From assembly GCA_050084985.1 (NCBI GenBank), contig JBITNC010000001.1, forward strand, positions 142,786,001 to 142,850,000: DNA of 64,000 nucleotides, in the 5' to 3' direction. Origin of the DNA: Nageia nagi (lineage: Eukaryota > Plantae > Pinophyta). Numbering within the stretch: the stretch's first letter is position 1; every line of letters starts with the position of its first letter. The notes beneath the pieces were generated by a model. The model had not been told where the DNA came from. It saw nothing but the letters and a program-made list of their open reading frames with translations, and did no database searches. The translations under genes were made by a program, and so were the position numbers. Positions 28,986-42,841 of the stretch are shown here, one piece after another.

Positions 28986-29672
28986 CTCCTCATAGGATTA
29001 CTATGGCCACTCAAGCAGCTCATCCTTAGTTTTCACCCTTCAATGGTGGATGTTCCCTTAATCTGGCTACCAATGTTGTAATACCTCAATTCATGGTTAA
29101 GAAAAATCCTAGTTTTTATGGAATGAATAATACTATATCTTCTTTGAGTATTGTACGGATGTCCTAAATTAAGTAAAGAAATATGATGTTACAATTAAGG
29201 ATATTCTATTTTGTTGGAGTGTTTGTTGATGAATTTGATGAAGTTACATACCTAATATCTTTGCTCACTCAATTGACTTCTATGAAGAGAAATAATCAAA
29301 AGGATGTCATTGATTTCAATGTTAGATTCAAAAAATCATGGGCTAGAGTTCTTGTTCCTTTAAGACCAAAATATTCCTAGGACTATTTCTACTACTTGAA
29401 AGCTTTCTCCCCAAAGTTGTCCCATTAGATTAAGAATGAGAATGTGACAACCTTTTTTGAGTTATACAAAGTGGCTATTGAAGTTGAATCTAACTTGATA
29501 GATACTAGGAAGCTACCTACAAGAATTTTCATACCTTTATTTTTGGAAATAGCATCTCAGTCAAAATCCTTGGTATTATCTCCACCTATGTTAGCACCTA
29601 TTCCATTGAAAGCTATAGATACTACTAACCTTGTTTTCAAAACATAAAAAATACAAGAGTTAAAGGCCATAG
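28986..29672 (+). pseudogene. TatII-like gag, middle segment
   Basis: LLTQLTSMKRNNQKDVIDFNVRFKKSW (ORF 29183-29380) and YKVAIEVESNL (ORF 29444-29647). The frame joins 34216 onward when the solo LTR and one TSD copy are removed. Confidence 0.75.
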
Positions 29673-32600
29673 TGTCATGACCCTCCTTTTAGACATTTCA
29701 GATATTTGTTTATAATATGGTAATTCTGGAATGATGGTAGAATAATTACCATTGAAAATTAATAGTTGCTTTTGGAAAAGGTAGTTGTATCTATCACCTT
29801 ATTGAAACACCTTTAAAGGGACCTTGGATTGCAATTAAACCTTATGTTATAACATACTTTGAGCTTATGGAAAACTATATGATTTAAAATCTTTGAAATG
29901 TATTATCATTTATTTATATTTAGTCACCATGGGTTGTCTTTTTGTTTAGAACCCTTGTGGCAACATATGTTGGAGAAACATTATAAAGGGTTTAATTTTT
30001 GAGAGGGAATTATGTTTTATTTCTTAATCTAATTAGAATATATTAGAATGCACTCTCAAATTATAATAATATCCTCCATCAAAATGAGCTAGTGGAGCAC
30101 TAAGGTGAATGGGCACTTTGGTAATATTTTAATCCCCAATAGCAAATTAATGATGTTTAATTTATCCTAATCATATGACTTAGGCATTAGGTAATAAGGT
30201 TTTGAATTGAAAATTAGGTCTTTACATAAAAATATGATCCTTTCTTGAAACCCTAACTCATTTTGCATTCACATGGGAGAGAGAAAGAGATATGAAAGGT
30301 GGAGAGGAAAAACCCTAGCCACTGCCACACTTTTGGAAACCTACAATTTGTTTTAGGCTATCATAGATGAGTTTTTGGGTAGAATAAGGATCCTACATGC
30401 CAATTTCTACTCCTTTGTTGTTATGGTAAGTAAAAATCATGTTTTTAGGGATTAGAGAGTTCTTTGGCTATGTGATTGAAAGAGTATTTCATGATTTTGC
30501 ACTTCATGGGAGCTTTTTAGCTCCCCAAATCTAATGGGTGAGCCTCAATCTTGAACCCTATCCATTTTATTTGATAAGCAAGGATGTTTTTTGACTTTAC
30601 TATTTGATGTTGGCTTGAGAGGGCATGTTTTAGTTGTAGTGGAGGCTTGGGGAGAGTGTGAACTCATGGGATTTGATGGATTCAAAATAGACTTGGAAAT
30701 AAAGCATTTGAAGGTGAGTTTCTAGAAAATTTTCCTCTATCAATGTTTTGTACAAGTAAATCTAGAAACCATGATTTTGTTTAAGAATATAAAAATGATG
30801 GGTATATTTAGCATAGAAAGGGTTTGTATTTTGTTGTCATTTTTTCAATGCAAATCATTAGCATGATGTTATTGTTTATCATCATGTGAGGGTTTCTTGT
30901 AGTAATAAAGGCATGTGTATCATGTGGGGGTGTTATTTACTTGTGTTTTCAATGGGGAGGTCTTGAGGTACTTCATTAGGTCTTGAGGGATATCATTTTA
31001 AGTGCAGTTTGGACATTATTAAAGGTTAAACCATAGGCATGATGGCCATGGCTCAATCTGAAATGATTTCCATGGTCTGTACTCCATATAAACTATTTTC
31101 TACTATAGGATCTAGTATTTTAATATGAAAACTAAGACAAAAATGTACCATTTAAATGAGTGCAGACTTGTATTTTTATTTGGTAATTAAAGAGGTTTTA
31201 TTTGGATATTTTATTTAAATGCTAAAGTTTTAGGAAATACATGCTTGGATATATTATATCATTCATGGCATTTCTCTTCTTAAATTATATAGCATTGCAT
31301 TTCATTTTGTAGTATTATGGAGCATTAAGAAATATTCATTACACTACATATTGGATTCTATCAGGACAATTGTTTTATAGCATGTCATTTTAGCATTACA
31401 TTTACATATGAATAATTGCTAATATGAATATAGGAGGCTTTCCCAATTCTTCTTGTGCTCTTCTTTGACATTGGTTGATTAATTAGGTACTCACTAAGAT
31501 TTTAATCTTACCCTTAGTTTTGTTGTGTCTTTCACATAGATAGAACCCTACTTGAAGACTTCTAGATTGGAACATTTCTATCACTTGAAACTTTATCATT
31601 TAATTGATTGCATACTTGCTAAACACTATTGTTGTAGAGAGTAATTATAAACTTGATTTGAGTCCACTACTATAACTTACTATTATATTCATGGTTGTTA
31701 TACCAAATTAGAAATAGGAAATGGTATTTCTATTTGATTTATATTACCACTTTGTAAATATGTATGTTGTTGTTTTTCAAAAGCTAATTATGATAGTGAT
31801 ATTGGATTAAAAGATGTAATGATGTAAATGATTATAGTGAATATTAATGTGATCAATAGTTCCTATTTATCATCTATTGTTACTGCTTATTTTGGGATGC
31901 TATATAGAAGTATTAGCTATACTTAATGCATCATTAGTTTCTAGTTATTAAAGATAGTTTGAATTGAGTTTTGAAGGTTCAATTGATACATCATTTCATA
32001 TTCTTGTTATGTCTTTCATTTTGATATGTAGTCATTCTTGATTCTTATATTCATGGGCTGAATATTTTATGGAGAGGTGTATCATATGACCCTTCCATGG
32101 TCATAATGAAGGCCCTTATATTCTTTAAATTGTAATTCACTTATTTTACTAAGTTTTTAGAAATATTTGTAATGAATTGAAGAATGTAAAAAGGAGAAAA
32201 CTTCTTTTTGTATGATGTATGAGGCAACTAGGATGCTTAATTGTATTACTATTATACATTTTCTACTAATATCATTATCATATTTAAATGATAAAGAGTA
32301 GTAAGTTGGCTTCCATGTTGACATGTATATTAAAGGTTTCCTTTTTAAAAGAGTTATTTGTTGAGACTTCTTGAGGCATGATGAAAAATATGACCCCTCA
32401 ATGATCATGGTGAACATTTTAGAAGTTAAGTTTAATTGGACATTATGGAGGGTATTAGGATACTCTTGTTGTATCATTAGTTACCTTATTTGAAGCAAAG
32501 TATTTATCACTTTAATCCCTTAGGCCATGTAAATAATAGTAGGAAGATTTCCTAAAAAGTGATTAAATATTACTTTAAAAGACTACTTTTGAACACTTTG

Positions 32601-34210
32601 GAAACCATGCAAAGGATTAGGGACTAATTGTAATGTATGTGCTTTCTGAGTTGTTTGGATTGTTCATGAATATAAGTTGATGATTTTAATAATGAATAAA
32701 GTTGTGATAATATTATGAGTACATTCCTATTATAAGTTTTGTAAACATACATATACTCCCATTTTCATACTTCCTATTGTTCAAATAGTAATTGGGTCCT
32801 TGGAAGGATTTCTATTGTAAATTGGTTATCTTATTGCTATGCTTTCATTTCTATTTAGTGTTTATTTGGCATTAGGGCTGATTTTTAGATTCAAAAATTT
32901 ATTATTATATGATTCTATTTACATTGAACATTTATACCATTAAAGTATTACTATTTACAATTGTTGTTAATTGCATATTTTGGATGTTGTAAGTTGTTAT
33001 GAACTTATATTTTCAAAGAGATTAAAGACTTTTTTGGGTATGCCAAAAAGAGTTCATGGATTGGTAGAAAATTTGAGAAAAATATTGAAAGTTGAAACAA
33101 TGTTTATGCTAGCATAACAATAATGAATTTTGATTTCAATATGTAACTAGTTGGAATATTATTGTAGTGTTGTTGTACATTATATGGAATGATTTATGTT
33201 TGGCTAAAACTTTAAGTAGTTATTTGTGAGCTTGGAACATGATGAAAAGACTTTAAATTGTTACAATTTGGATTGGATATTTAGAATTAATTCTAAAAGT
33301 TGAAAATATAGTCTATATAAAATCACTTGGGAACTTGATGATTTACTTGATTTGATCTCATAAATAGTTTATGGGTAATGATATTTGTTAGTATCTTGAC
33401 TTGTGTCATATCTATACCATAATGATCTATTGGGTAATAGCTTCTAAGTTTGCATTGACCTAGAAATAAGGCAATGATTATGCTAGTATAATGATAATGT
33501 TGTTTATTAATATGCCTTATTGGAAATAACCAAATTTAATAGATGTATTTAAAAGTGAATTACCCAAAGTTATAGTAACTATTAAGGCATGAGATGTGTC
33601 CTAGATGATATTGTTAGCCTTTTGAAAAGTAAGTCAAGATAAGGGTAAACAATAAGGAGTTCAATTGGACTCAATCTTTAAACCAAAAAGCTATGCAGAA
33701 GGCATAGAGAATTCTAATGATAAAAGGACCATTATCACAATAGTGTATTGCTTTTTGGATGAACAATTTATACATATTTGATAAGTTATATCATCTGATA
33801 CATTATTTTGAAGAATGTACTAGTGGGAGTACATTATATATTCATGAATCATTTTGAAGAATGTACTAGTTGAATTACATGGTATCTTCATGGACATAAT
33901 TGATTAGATATTTTTCAAGGAGTTATGTATGTATTCCCAATACGGGAAATGCCTAAAAACTATATCCTTCAATAAGTTATTGAAATCAATATGTAACCAT
34001 CATTGAAAGAGTATGAGTTTACATGTAGCTTTTATCTATGTTGTAGCACATAAGTGGATAGTGTGTCCCTAAGATATATGTCATTGTTATAGATCATGGG
34101 TATGGAATTCTTAAATGAAAAGTATTCTAGTTTTTAGCAAGAGGAAAAATGTATTCTGGTTTATATACATGCAAAAAAAAATTATATTACCTAGTTTGTC
34201 AATCTTTACA
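29673..34210. mobile_element. 4.5-kb solo LTR (Tekay/Del-like termini)
   Basis: Starts TGTCATGACCC, ends TCTTTACA, with perfect 5-bp TSD CATAG (29668-29672, 34211-34215). Removal restores host gag KIQELKAIVRDMQNKL. No coding domains recognised inside. Confidence 0.85.
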
Positions 34211-36244
34211 CATAGTGAGAGACATGCAAAACAAGCTATTATCAAGGGACATAACAAGTCTAGAGAGGAGATATGATAGATATGAACCTAACAATCAAAT
34301 ATATGATCCTAATAATTAGAGATAAATTCCATATCTAGCCAAAGATTCAATTTCTGCTTTAAGCAACTCCTTTATAGTTGGAAATATGATAGATTAAAGT
34401 GTAAAACTTAACTATTGGTGCTCAATTTGCAATGATCCTCATATTTTGGAAAGTTATGCAATTTACATTCATCCTTGCAATATTGCAAGAGAAGCTAAGT
34501 AGTTGGATTCTAAGGCCAAATAAGTCATTATGAATGAAGAACCTGCTAATATAGTCTACATAAAATCTAGATCTCATGATGTTATCTTTCAAGTTGAGAC
34601 AAGATCAAGTAGACAAACTAATCTAGATAGCTTTCAAAAGTATGAGGCTCTATTGAGACAAATAATAGTTCCACTTCCTTCTTTAACAAGAAGATAATAT
34701 ATTCTTACCTCAACTACTTCAAAATAAACTAGAGATATAACTTTGTGGCACATGATATTCTTAGACCAAGGACTCTTCCTCTTCAATACAAGAATTAGAG
34801 GGAACTTGATTCAAGAAGTTTGATACTACCCTCAGTCACTTGTACATAAAGGAAGGAGGCTTCTCAATAATATCAAAGGAGATATCAACCAAACTATGAA
34901 GTTAAACCTCAAACCCACTTCCCATTCAACATTATAAATGAGATGGAAAAAGTGTCTTCTAGATAATTCATGTTTGATGTATTGTTAATTCTTGGTCAAT
35001 TAGATTTATTAAAAGAATATTTGAAAATTGCTATGTTAGTCCAAAAACTCCTAAAATTTCATTAGCTTAGTTAGAGATAATTCTAGGAATGGGAAAGAAT
35101 ATGCCTACTCCATTCTATATCTCATTAAGAATGGAAGGTTGGTTAGTCCATAATTGATTGTTATATACAGGAGCTGCTATGATTGTAATGCTAAAAGTTA
35201 TTTGTGAGGTAATGAGTTTAAATTATAGTAGGGATACACCTAGTGTCCTACAATTAGATGGCAGTCTTGTTATAATTGTTGGAGCTATTAAAGATGTTTC
35301 AATTTTTTTGCATAAGCTGCCATAGCTATCCTTTCCTTGATAAATAGTGGTTTTAGATTTACCCCCTTGTTTAGCATATGCTTATCAAGAGAGTTTATGG
35401 TAAAAATAAGAGGATACCTTGCTAAACACTAAAGCCATATGGTTGTTCCTTATGGAGAAAAAAAGATGAGGATCTACAATTAAAGAACTTATCCATATGA
35501 TTTTAAGATATTAGATCATATTAACATGAATCTATTAGAAGATGAAGAAGGGTTATGTATTGATTTTCTTATTTAGAGACATGAAGAGGATGATCAATCT
35601 ATTCATATGATTGAGCAAATGAGATATGTGGATATGGGCACCTATTATATTCTAGAACCAAATTATCCAATACCAGCTCTTACTCAATATGAACATAGGC
35701 AAAAGGAACTATGGAAAATGCACTTTGATGGTGCAAAATGTAAGAATGGAGCTAAGCTATTCTGGCTTTTCAATCCCTATAAGAACCATCTAAGAGATTA
35801 TCTTATAGGCTAACATGGTCTTTTATGAATAATGTTGTTGAATATGAAGCTCTTTATTTTGGCTTATCCAAAGCTATAAGATTGGGAATTAAGTGCTTAT
35901 CAGTACTAGGATATTTATAATTGATTATTAATCAAGTAAAATACAAGTGTTATTTCAAACACCACTATCTGAAAGTATACCAAAATAGAGTAAGGATTTA
36001 TCAAAGGATTTTATGGCAATAAATTTCATGGTAGTAAGAAGATGTCATAATACCTTGGTAGACCAATTGGCATCTAAGATAACTAACTATGATGTTATTA
36101 CTCATTTAAATATCAATAAAGATATTAAGTTAGTATTTAGGCCATATATGCCTAATAATGATTATCATTGGTAGGTGTTTGATTGCAATGACTAGATTAA
36201 TTAGTTTATCCAACTTTTTTTATTTTCAAATGATGAGGATACTA
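34211..36244 (+). pseudogene. TatII-like gag C-terminus, protease and archaeal-type RNase H (aRH)
   Basis: Knuckle YWCSICNDPH (~34413-34442), protease VHN*LLYTGAAMIVM (~35146-35190), aRH LWKMHFDGAKCKNGA...NNVVEYEALYFGL...HNTLVDQLAS (35708-36075), then RPYMPNNDYHW*VF. Confidence 0.85.
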
Positions 36245-37289
36245 TGTTACTACCAAAAGGATGATGTGTGTCCTTTTTTGAGTCTTAAAAATTAAAAATA
36301 AAAATTGACACTAATTTGTATCCTTCTACATTGACATGCATTGTTTTATTTTATTTTTTCTATTTTTTCACTTTTTTTTAACATAAATTCTGATGTAAAA
36401 TTTGATGTAATTTTATTTCTTATTTCACTAACAAAAAAGTAAAACACATTTTACCTATTCACTAATTGACCAATTAATAGCTCACATTCATTTCATCCTC
36501 CATTCATACCAAAAGTGATTATCCAATAGCCAAATACCCTCTCTTACCTATATATATAAACAAACCCTCCCTATAATCCTTACATTTCATACACTTTAGC
36601 TAATTTTTTTCTTCCTTATTTTTTATATTTTGATCATAGCTATGGCACCCAAGGTAGACAAGAATCCATAGAGAATAAGCCCACAAAAAAAAAACTCCAT
36701 AGTTGAAGAAAAGAAAAAAGAGAATAAGCCCATAGTTGCAGAAAAGAAAACTCATTCAAAGGTTGATAAAGAAGTAGGTATTAAAAATCTTACTGTATTA
36801 TTTAGAAAAATACTATATAATAAATTTAAATTTTTAAAAACTAAACCACTAACCCCATTCTTGAAGTTGTTTAATGGACCTATATCATTACCCAAAGACC
36901 TAGTAAAAATGATGTACCTTGTAGAGGTTGTAACTTTTGATTCGGATATCATTTTGAGCCTTTTTTTTTAAATCACACAAAATTAAAATATATATAATTA
37001 TATGATTTTTTTTTTGAAAACCAATGCAAATAATTAAGTTCCAATGTAAAAATTGATGCAAATTTTGAAAAATGATGTAAAAAATGACACAAAAAGTGGA
37101 TTTAAGGATGCAAAAAGTGACTTTATGGATGCAAAAAATTACACAAAAAAGGATGCAAAATCTGACACAAATTTTGACATGATAGTTTGTGTCAAAAATT
37201 GCATTGAAAGAATGGGAAAAAAAATTTAAAGAAAATTATCAAAGCATCCCAATGTAAAAAGCATGCAAATTGGATTCTTGGTAGTAGTG
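36245..37289. mobile_element. Non-autonomous CACTA-like DNA transposon, 1045 bp
   Basis: The right terminus reads CACTACTACCAAGAA on the minus strand and the left terminus TGTTACTACCAAAAG is a decayed match. Subterminal GATGYAAAA/GACACAAAA repeats occur at both ends. TA flanks both sides, and removal restores the host reading frame. Confidence 0.7.
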
Positions 37290-40253
37290 TACATTAAATA
37301 ACTTGCAGAACAAGGATATCATTTAGCTTAAGAATAACTTCATCCCAAAAGCATTGATATCCCTTGATAAATCCTTTGATAGAGAAGATTATTTCAATAC
37401 TATAGCATCCAATGAACATAAAAATACTTACCATGAGATAGAGGTTTTGCTTAATAAAAGATTGAATATTGGGATTAATGCTACTCTCCATGAGATTAGA
37501 GATGTCATTCTATTATTAAGAGAATTTCAAGACATCATTGGTTGGAATTACCAAGATTTAAATATATACAATATGTATGTAATTCAATATTCCATCAACT
37601 CAAAGGAATATAATATTTCTTTTAAACAAAAGAATAGGACAGTTAATCCTATGATTGAGGCAATGATGAAACAAGAATAGGTTTAGCTACTGGATGTCAC
37701 TTTCATCTATGCTATCAAGAACACTTCATGGGTTTCTAATTTGATACCAATCCGATAGAAGAATGGGGAGATTTACCTTTGTGTTGATTTTAGAAATATC
37801 AATCAGGCTTCATTGAAGGACCATTATCTAGTTCCTTTAATGGATCAAATTCTCCACATAGTTGTAGGATCAGAATTTTATTCTTTAATAGATGGAATTT
37901 TGTATTTCAACCAAATTTGGGCTAAATATAGTGATGAAAATAAGATAGCATTCACTACCAAATGGGTTACCTTCATATTTAAAAGAATACCTTTTTTCTT
38001 ATCTAATACTGGACCAACCTTCTAGAGAGCAATAGATCTTGCTTTTGGCCCACTAATCAATACAATAATCTTAGTATATTTAGATGTTATTACTATTTTT
38101 CCACACATAAAAGGGATCATTTAAGTCATATTAGAGAAATATTTGAAAATTGTAGAGCCTTTGGCATCTCCTTAAATGCTAAAAAATTAGTGTTCATTAT
38201 TAATAAGGGCAAGTTGTTAGGCCATGTTATTTTCAAGGAAGGGATGATCATAGAACCAGAAAGACTATTGGTAATAAGAAACACTCCCTTGACTTTGAAC
38301 AAAAAGGCTTTACAATCTTTTTGGGATATATTAACTTTGTGAGTAAATTCATACATGATTTTCCTCAAATCATTAGACCAATTTTGCACATGTTCAAGAA
38401 GGATGTAGTATTTTTATGGACTTTAGAAGAAAGAGAAGCATTTTGTAAAATCAAAGATACAATTCATATTGGTTCGGTATTGAAGAACCCAAATTTTAAT
38501 AAGAATTTTATCTTATACATAATAAGGTGAGATAAAAGTATTGTTGTAGTACTAACCCAAAAATATGAACAAGAACAAGAGCATCCTATTTCTTTTTATA
38601 GCAAAACATTGTATGATGCTGAGAAAAGATACACATTTATGGAGAAATAGGTATTTGTATTATGAGAGCTCTCAAAAAGTTTAGACAATTTCTCTCTCAT
38701 GATAGGATACTTATTTATACTATATACCCTAATATCCAAAATTTCATTATGCAAAAATAATATTATGGAGGGAAAGTAGGATGGATAAACAAGATACTCG
38801 AGTTTGATGTACAAGTAAGACAAACTAAATAAGTTAGAGAAAGAGATTTGTGCCAAGATATTTCTACTACTTCACATTCTAATTCCTCTTTTGCAACTAA
38901 TGGTGATAATATCTTAACCTCAAATATTTTGCAAGTGTATTTTCACATAAGGAAAATGATGAAGAAGATGAATACATGTCAAAGTCTAAGATACCATGGA
39001 TAACTCAACTACTTAGATATTTCAAAATAGGGATTTATGATAATAAACTTACTCCACATAAGATAAGATTATTCATATAGTAAGCAACTAATTATATAAT
39101 TATCCAAAATAGGCTTTATAAAAGTAACTATGATGGAGTTCTCCTCACTTATGTTCATCCAAATGATGTGTCAATTCTCCTCAAAGAATTTTATTTAGAG
39201 TTTTTAGGAGGCCACTATTCTAGACAAACAATAATTTCTAAACTTGTTCAGGTAGGTTTCCATTGGACTACTTTATCTAAAGATTCTCATCAAATTAAAA
39301 AATAATGTGAGAAATATTTAAGGTTTGTTGGTAGGATACGTAGTGTTACCTTACCTCTTAATCCTATAGTAATGAAGGAACCATTTTAGCAATGGGACCT
39401 TGATTTTATAGGTGTAATTAATCCTAAATCATCTATTGGACATAAGTTCATACTAATAGGAATAGATTACTTTAGTAAATGGGTGGAAGCAATTGCCTTA
39501 AATATTATTGATCAAGATATAGTCTTGATATTTCTTGAGAAGTTGATAATAAGGTTTGGGATTCCAGATATGATAGTTTGTTATAATGGTACTACTTTTA
39601 TTGGTGCAAAGATATTAGAGTTTGCAATGAAGTATAAAATTATATGGAAAACCTCTTCTAATTACTATTCATATGTAAATAACTTTGTTAAGTCCACCAA
39701 TAAGAACATTTTCAAAAATCTCAAAAGAATAATGGAATATAATCTAAGAGAATGGCATATAAAACTAGATTATACATTGTGGGCTGATAGATCTATGTGA
39801 ATGAATCTATTAAAACCTCTCCTTATACATTAGTGTATGTGAAGAGAGATATATTACCCATACATTTAGATATTTCAATACTATAAATCCTTACAGAATA
39901 TGAGTTATGTTGCTCTAAACCTTTACCAAATAGGTATATGAAGCTCATAAAATTGGAAGAATAGAGGGATAAAGCTTTTCCCAATTTTCAAAAAAATATA
40001 GTCAAAAATCAAAACCTAATTTGAAAAGAAAAATTCTTATCTTATTCTATTCAAAAATGGTTACTTGGTCTTAAAATGGAATGAAGATAAAAGCAAACCA
40101 GCTAGGCATAAGAAATTTGAATCCTTATAGGAAGGATTGTTTATGATAGTTGAATGTAAATAGTTTAATGCCTATTGGTTGGCTCATATGTATGGCCAAG
40201 TTTTTCCCATTAAGGTGAATAACAAACATCTCAAGCACTTTCTAAGAAGATAA
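37290..40253 (+). pseudogene. TatII-like RT-RH-INT
   Basis: KDII*LKNNFIPKALISLDKSFD; LCVDFRNINQASLKDHYLVPLMDQIL...IPFFLSNTGPTF; LVYLDVITI (YLDD box); RH EHPISFYSKTL; INT WDLDFIGVINP...DYFSKWVEA...RFGIPDMIV (39390-39800). Confidence 0.88.
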
Positions 40254-40487
40254 TAGTAGTATGGATCTAGGATCTATAACTTTGTAAAAAATGTACACAA
40301 TTGTATACTTCACTATTTTACTAGCCAAATATGTTTAATCTTAGAAATTTACATGTATATAACTAACTATTTTTCTAGATAGATAGGGTTCATAATATTT
40401 TGGGTGACACTATAGGTTAAGGTTAATGTTTTTTGTTAAGTATGGTTTCTCAAATTTGTTACCAAAAATCCCTTTGATTCACCATAA

Positions 40488-42841
40488 TGTAGATGTAAAT
40501 TTGTACTTAATGCTTCTAAATATAATGAAAAGACTATGTGTATACTCATACATATTTTTTGGAGAAATAAGAAGAGTTTTGTATGGGTATGATCTATTTT
40601 GATCCTTTAATTACTGATATAATGTTGATATGTAGTCAATTATGAATATTTTCTATAGTGTTTGATTTTCAAGGAGATCCAGTAGTAATGGAGTGAACAA
40701 AGTTTGTCAAAATAGTGGAAAAATAGAATAGTATTGTTACTTATTCAATTTTGAATATTTTCTATAGTGTTTGATTTGGCAAAGATATGACACTATTGAT
40801 ATGGAAAATATTTTTTGGAATAGAGAAAAAATATAATAACATTATACTTGGCCATTTTTAAGATATTTTGAAGAGCATTTGATTTTGGCAAAAATTTACC
40901 AAAGTGAAGCAGATCGAATTCTACTAGAATAGCAAGAAAATCAAACAACTTCATTTTCTTCAACATAAATCCTATCGATGTTGGTTAATCATAGTCAAAT
41001 TAACCACCTAAAGTGTTCCAATTAAGAGATTTGATTTTCAGCCCTTCAGTTCAAAGTATGTCCAAATAATTCCATTAGAATAGTATATTTACTTATGTAT
41101 TTTGTTTTAATAGTTCCTTTTGAATCTAGATACCTATATATATTATAAGAACTCTAGAAAAATATTTAAACTCATTGGAGTTAAATTTAAGTATCAATGA
41201 TCAAGAGAAATACCAAAAGAGTGAATTAAAGTACCAATAAAGACATCTTGATATCATATTACAATGAAAGATAAAGTGTCGATAATGGAGTTTGGTACTA
41301 GGATGAAGTTTTTGATAAATATAAGTACTAATAAAAGTGTATATAGATTTTATGTCAAATATGTACTCTAGATATAGCTAACATCATTCATGTTTCTTTG
41401 AACTTATGAAGGAAGAAAGTTTACTATGTTTGCATGCAATAAAAAGGAAATTTGTATCATGTATGGTGGAGGTGACATAAACATCCTTCACACTATGGAA
41501 GATAGTTCAAAATACATTCTCTAGCTCAAAGCAAAGAAATTCTACACTTTGGAGAGTGTTGATATCATCAAGCTCATTCATACTTTGAAAACACAATAAT
41601 ACAAAAGAAATATGCACTTCAAAGAGTGCTAGCATCATAAGGTTTCTTTTCATTGCATAAGTATAAGGATTATTAAGAAGACACTATAAAATGACCCATG
41701 TAGCCCAATTTTGATGCAAATTACCTTAGGGAAATGCAGATTCAATATAGATTCAAAGATCAAGTCTCTAGAACCTCCATAACCATCAAATACCCTTATT
41801 TAATAAGATTGAAATTAAAATAAAAGAAGATAGGGTTATCAACTAACCAACTCAATGATACTTGATGTGCAAAATTAGATTGTTGGATTAGAAATGAGAT
41901 AATAACTCCTATAACTACATCTTTGAGAAGATTCTAATCAAGGAAAGGTGAGAATACATTCAATCCATATTTTAATAACTAGTAGAGAAATTAGATCCAA
42001 GAGTTCTCTAGCTACAAACACACAATTTGATCATAAGCAAACTCTAATCCGATTTGATATTGATTTGCAACCTAAAGATAGGGTAAATTAAAATCAAAAG
42101 CTTCCAAATCAGACTACTATCAAATATATCAATAATATGATGACACTTTTACTCAATATACCTTAGATCAATCAAATTTTCTTATGATTTTATTATGGAT
42201 GATGTAAATATCTTTCTAAGATCCAAAAGATCTTATTTTGTAATCAATGAGCATTATAGATCATAAGTTAAGTAGAGAGGGATCTATCCTAGGTCTTGTA
42301 AATTTTTATAAATACTAGAGGCCTCTACTATATAAAAGGTTGGATACAAGTGTTAAATATTGATTTTTGAATATTATTATGTGTTTTGGGATGATGAGCT
42401 TGTACTATTTTCCCTCTTGGGTTGTGTTTAAAATATTTTTCACTCTATGGTTGTTGCTAAGAGTTTCTCATCTCATAGGTAGGAATTCATATGTGAATTA
42501 GACTATGGATGTTATATACTATAGTCATCTTACTAGTGCATCCAACTAATACTACTTGTGGCTGTAAAATTTAAGCAATATTTGTACCAAAGGATCATAA
42601 TAGTTATGATGCCCATGATGGTGCTAGTTTACCCTCTTTGGCCCTATACATTTCTAACTATTATCTTTTCTAACCCTACGCATTTCTAACTCTTATCTTT
42701 TCTAACCCTTAAACTCAAAAACCTAATAGATAAGGAGCTAACCTTCATACTAAAGATCAATTTATGACAAGTTTATATCTTGTATCCAAGATTTAGTTTG
42801 GTTAAACAAGCATAATTCAAATTACCTTAGGTCAATCAATA
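40488..42841 (+). repeat. 3' LTR of the TatII-like element
   Basis: Starts TGTAGATG and is colinear with 17525-19806, with two extra segments (~41700-41750, ~41947-41980). The last ~9 nt appear missing. Confidence 0.85.

Larger units (their letters stand above)
17525..42841 (+). mobile_element. TatII-like Ty3/gypsy element (gag-PR-aRH-RT-RH-INT) carrying three nested insertions
   Basis: ~2.3-kb LTRs at 17525-19815 and 40488-~42841, a PBS at 19819, and imperfect flanking GTACT (17520-17524) / GTACC (42842-42846). Plus-strand polyprotein remnants lie between the LTRs. Confidence 0.85.
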
